Assembly: GCA_965223905.1 (NCBI GenBank)
Contig: CBDCXV010000010.1
Coordinates: 1,664,001-1,728,000, forward strand
Reading direction: 5' to 3'
Origin: Candidatus Latescibacterota bacterium
GTDB lineage: Bacteria; Latescibacterota; UBA2968; UBA8231
DNA: 64,000 nt
Shown here: positions 60,909 through 64,000 of the stretch, piece after piece
Position numbering within the stretch: position 1 is the first letter of the stretch
How the letters are laid out: every line of letters begins with the position of its first letter
The notes under the pieces: model-generated
Databases searched by the model: none
Seen by the model: the letters and a program-made list of their open reading frames with translations, nothing else
Told to the model about the DNA's origin: nothing
Translations under genes and position numbers: made by a program

Positions 60909-62060
60909 TCAACGGGACGGGGTGCGAGCCTGCAGCCGCAGTTGCGGCTGCCATTCCCCGGAATCGCGGGAAAACCGCTCCGCGTCCGCGTCCGGCATCT
61001 CCCCCACCAGATCACTCTGCGGCTTCTCGTCATAACGGGCGCATACCGAACCTTTCTCGCAGGAGATCGAGATGATGTCGTTGAGGATCAGGTCCTGCTC
61101 CTGCGAGGTCACCACCGGGAAGAGGTAGTTCCGGTTCACATGTTTCATCCGCCCTCCTTCTTCCGCCCTCCTCCTGGTGAACTCGACGTGCCGAAGAAGC
61201 CGTCCCCGCGTGTACTCGTTCGCGAATCCCGCCAGGGAGCGGAGCATGTTCTCCGCTGTCGCGAGAAGCCCCCGGTCGATCTCGACGGCGACCGAGCTCC
61301 TCCCGGCCGCCATCGCCGCGGCCGCGGTCATGCCGGTGCCGGAGAAGGGATCGAGCACCACGTCCCCCTTGATCGAGTGCATGCAGACCAGCCTGTAGGC
61401 CAGCTCGAAGGGGAAGGCGGCGCTGCGTTCCCGCGAGGCCGGATCGACCAGCTTCTGCCCGGCCCCCGGGAGGTCGAACCAGACGTCGGAAAACCAGGAG
61501 TTCCTCTCCTCCCAGAAAAAGGCGCTCTGCCGCCGCAGGGCCTTTTCCCCCGGCTCGGTGAACTGACGGCGCTTCCCCTTCCTGGCGATCAGGATGTACT
61601 CGTGCTCGTAGGTGACGTAGGCGCCGGGAGGCAGCATTCCCGATCCCATGAACTTGGTCGGCGCGTTGGTCGGCTTGCGCCACAGGATGTCCGGCAGCGT
61701 CGCGAAGCCGAGCTGCGACAGCCCGGCGAGTACGCGCGAGTGGTTCGGGTAGAGGCGGAATTCCCCGGCGAGGGTGCGCGTCGCGTCGCCGATGTTTATG
61801 CAGGCGATCCCCCCGGGCCGCAGGACGCGATGGACCTCGCGCCAGGCGGCGTCGAGGTGGTCGTGCATCGACGCGAAGGCGCGGTCTCCGGCCGCGGCAG
61901 CGAGCGCTTCCCCGACCCCTTCCACCTGCTGACGGAAGAGCCCGTCCCACATCTCGATCATCGGGTACGGCGGCGAGGTGACCACGAGGTCGACCGATTC
62001 GTCCGCCACCTCATCCATGCCGATGGCATCGCCGCAAATCAGCCTGGCGGTTGTTTTCAC
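60909..62060 (-). CDS. Site-specific DNA methyltransferase (N4-C/N6-A, beta class)
   Basis: DLVVTSPPY, ILWRKP, AAFP, VLDPFSGTGMT. Confidence 0.88.
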   Translation of the reverse strand: MKTTARLICGDAIGMDEVADESVDLVVTSPPYPMIEMWDGLFRQQVEGVGEALAAAAGDRAFASMHDHLDAAWREVHRVLRPGGIACINIGDATRTLAGEFRLYPNHSRVLAGLSQLGFATLPDILWRKPTNAPTKFMGSGMLPPGAYVTYEHEYILIARKGKRRQFTEPGEKALRRQSAFFWEERNSWFSDVWFDLPGAGQKLVDPASRERSAAFPFELAYRLVCMHSIKGDVVLDPFSGTGMTAAAAMAAGRSSVAVEIDRGLLATAENMLRSLAGFANEYTRGRLLRHVEFTRRRAEEGGRMKHVNRNYLFPVVTSQEQDLILNDIISISCEKGSVCARYDEKPQSDLVGEMPDADAERFSRDSGEWQPQLRLQARTPSR

Positions 62061-62204
62061 GATCCCTGCTTCTGCGGGAGAAGGGGGCGCAAAGATCCGG
62101 TTTCACCCCTTGCCCCTGCTCTTGACGGACCCCCTTGCATCTCTTTCTTCATTCCGATATGCGCGATTTTCGCGCAAAGATAGCCATCCCCCAGGAGGAC
62201 AACC

Positions 62205-62861
62205 ATGACACTGAGAATCAACGACGAGGCGCCCGACTTCACCGCGGAAACCACGGAGGGAACCATCGACTTCCACGAGTGGATCGGCGACGGCTGGGCC
62301 ATCCTGTTTTCCCACCCCAAGGACTTCACCCCGGTCTGCACCACCGAGCTGGGAACCGTGGCCGGCCTCAAGCCGGAGTTCGAGAAGCGCAACTGCAAGG
62401 TCCTCGGGATCAGCGTCGACGGCGTCAGCGACCACGAGGAGTGGTCGAAGGACATCGAAGCTTCGCAGGGCCACGCGATCAACTACCCGCTGGTCGGCGA
62501 CCCGGAGCTGGAGGTCGTGAAAGCCTACGACATGCTGCCCGCCGACGCCGGCGACACCTCCGAGGGGCGCACCCCGATGGACAACGCCACCGCGAGATCG
62601 GTGTTCGTCATCGGCCCCGACAAGAAGATCAAGGCGACGATCACCTATCCGATGAGCACGGGCCGCAACTTCGAGGAGATCCTGCGCCTGCTCGACTCCT
62701 GCCAGCTGACCGCGACCAAGAAGGTGGCGACCCCCGCCAACTGGCAGCAGGGAAGGGACGTGATCATCGTGCCGGCGGTGTCCGACGAGGAGGCGAAGGA
62801 GACCTACCCCGACGGTTGGGAGACCCCGCTTCCGTACATCCGCATCGTTCCCCAGCCGTAG
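62205..62861 (+). CDS. Peroxiredoxin (Prx6/1-Cys type)
   Basis: FSHPKDFTPVCTTELG, YPMSTGRNF, ATPANW; AGGAGG RBS. Confidence 0.92.
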   Translation: MTLRINDEAPDFTAETTEGTIDFHEWIGDGWAILFSHPKDFTPVCTTELGTVAGLKPEFEKRNCKVLGISVDGVSDHEEWSKDIEASQGHAINYPLVGDPELEVVKAYDMLPADAGDTSEGRTPMDNATARSVFVIGPDKKIKATITYPMSTGRNFEEILRLLDSCQLTATKKVATPANWQQGRDVIIVPAVSDEEAKETYPDGWETPLPYIRIVPQP

Positions 62862-63133
62862 CGCCGGGCGGGCATTCCGCATTGGTCCGGCCCTCGCATC
62901 CCTCCCGGCGCCAGATTCCCTGCCCGGACGCATGCCCGGGCACCGGCAGCCGGCTGGGCCGTCGCGCCCGTTTCGGGGCCGCTTTCCTGCCCGGACAGGT
63001 GCCATGCTGCCGGCAGACGGCCTGCCCACCGGCCTGAATCACCGGGCCTGAAACGACAGCCGCGTCTCTCCCGGGTGCCGCTCAATGGAGCGGGCCTGCG
63101 GGGGACGCGGCATTTTTCTGTACGGATGCGGCC

Positions 63134-63925
63134 TCAGCTGCCGGTCGAGCGGTAGCGGCGGACCCCGAACCCCCAGACCCGCAGGCAGACGAGCAGGAAC
63201 AGCGGGCCCGCGGCCGGCGCCAGCCAGCGCAACGCCCCGGCCCCGTCGTCGATCTCCAGGAGCGCCAGCACCGGGTAGTAGCTGACGCAGGCCAGCGGCA
63301 CGACGCCGGTGAAGAAACGGCGGAACCACTTCCGGTAGATCGACAGCGGATACTGGGCGGCGAACACGCCGCCGTTGGTCAGCGCGTTCATCGCCTCCAG
63401 CCCCTCGATGGTCCAGAAACAGAGCGTCGCCTGCAGGATCATGATGCCGCTGAACAGGCAGACGCCCCCGGCGACGGCCGCGGCGAGCAGCAGCATCTTC
63501 TGCGGCGACCAGGCGAGCTGCAGCTCCGCGGCCGCCCAGGCCAGCACCATCGCTCCCTGAAGCAGGCGGCCGGCCCGCCGCAGCTGGAACTCGTGGCCGA
63601 CCAGCTGCAGCACCGTGCCGCGCGGCCGCAGCAGGACGCGGTCGAACTCGCCGCTCCGTACCAGCAGGGCGAAGCTGTCGAAGCCTCTCACCACCGCCTC
63701 GGAGAGCGCGAACGACAGGTTGACGACGCCGTAGAACAGCCCGACCTCCCAGAGGGACCAGCCGCGCAGCTGGCCGAAGCGGTCGAACAGCATCCAGACC
63801 GTGGCGAACTCCAGGGCAGTGGTGAAGAAGTGGCCCGCCGCCGTCATCGCGAACGAAGCGCGGTACTGCATCTGGCCGCGCAGCGAGACGGCGAGGTAGC
63901 GGCCGTAGAGCGACAGCGTGTCCAT
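63134..63925 (-). CDS. ABC-2 family transporter permease (DUF990)
   Basis: QMQYRASF, GWSLWEV, GEFDRVLLRP, QYPLSIY. Confidence 0.85.
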   Translation of the reverse strand: MDTLSLYGRYLAVSLRGQMQYRASFAMTAAGHFFTTALEFATVWMLFDRFGQLRGWSLWEVGLFYGVVNLSFALSEAVVRGFDSFALLVRSGEFDRVLLRPRGTVLQLVGHEFQLRRAGRLLQGAMVLAWAAAELQLAWSPQKMLLLAAAVAGGVCLFSGIMILQATLCFWTIEGLEAMNALTNGGVFAAQYPLSIYRKWFRRFFTGVVPLACVSYYPVLALLEIDDGAGALRWLAPAAGPLFLLVCLRVWGFGVRRYRSTGS

Positions 63926-63984
63926 GGGCGGGACGATACGGTCGATGCCGCCGCGGGTCCGCGGAAAGGCTCGGGGCAAGCGGT

Positions 63985-64000
63985 TCAGCCTCCCTGCACG
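63985..64000 (-). CDS. 3' end of upstream ABC-2 permease (partial)
   Basis: Ends ...VQGG*, typical of the partner permease; only 16 nt visible. Confidence 0.4.

Overview
GC-rich bacterial DNA. Secreted proteins with YPNPFN...KLMLLR and PATWG(Q/E)(I/V)K tails point to a Latescibacterota/Poribacteria-like organism (inference). The housekeeping and catabolic backbone includes ppx, rsmD, hisA, a TonB receptor, Nramp, GH4, a GcvT-family oxidoreductase, PQQ dehydrogenases, a peroxiredoxin and tRNA-Glu. Three accessory regions stand out. (1) 2.6-6.9 kb: an integrase-less, integron-like cassette remnant (HigBA and NYN cassettes, attC-like sites), hit twice by an 80-bp TA-targeting MITE, one copy of which holds a DDE IS. 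(2) 11-18.4 kb: two tandem ~1200-aa secreted HExxH protease paralogs built on a 5x repeat module; one has lost the catalytic Glu. (3) 35.7-50.1 kb: a defence island. It carries an SspABCD-like phosphorothioation operon ending in a sulfur-binding-domain HNH nuclease instead of SspE. Upstream on the same strand is an E2-like + JAB-E1(ThiF) pair with no ubiquitin-like gene, split by a 4-kb transposase-less cargo element, with a divergent XRE-ImmA/PIN pair beside it. About nine single-base frameshifts, several in homopolymers, suggest consensus errors, so pseudogene calls need caution.
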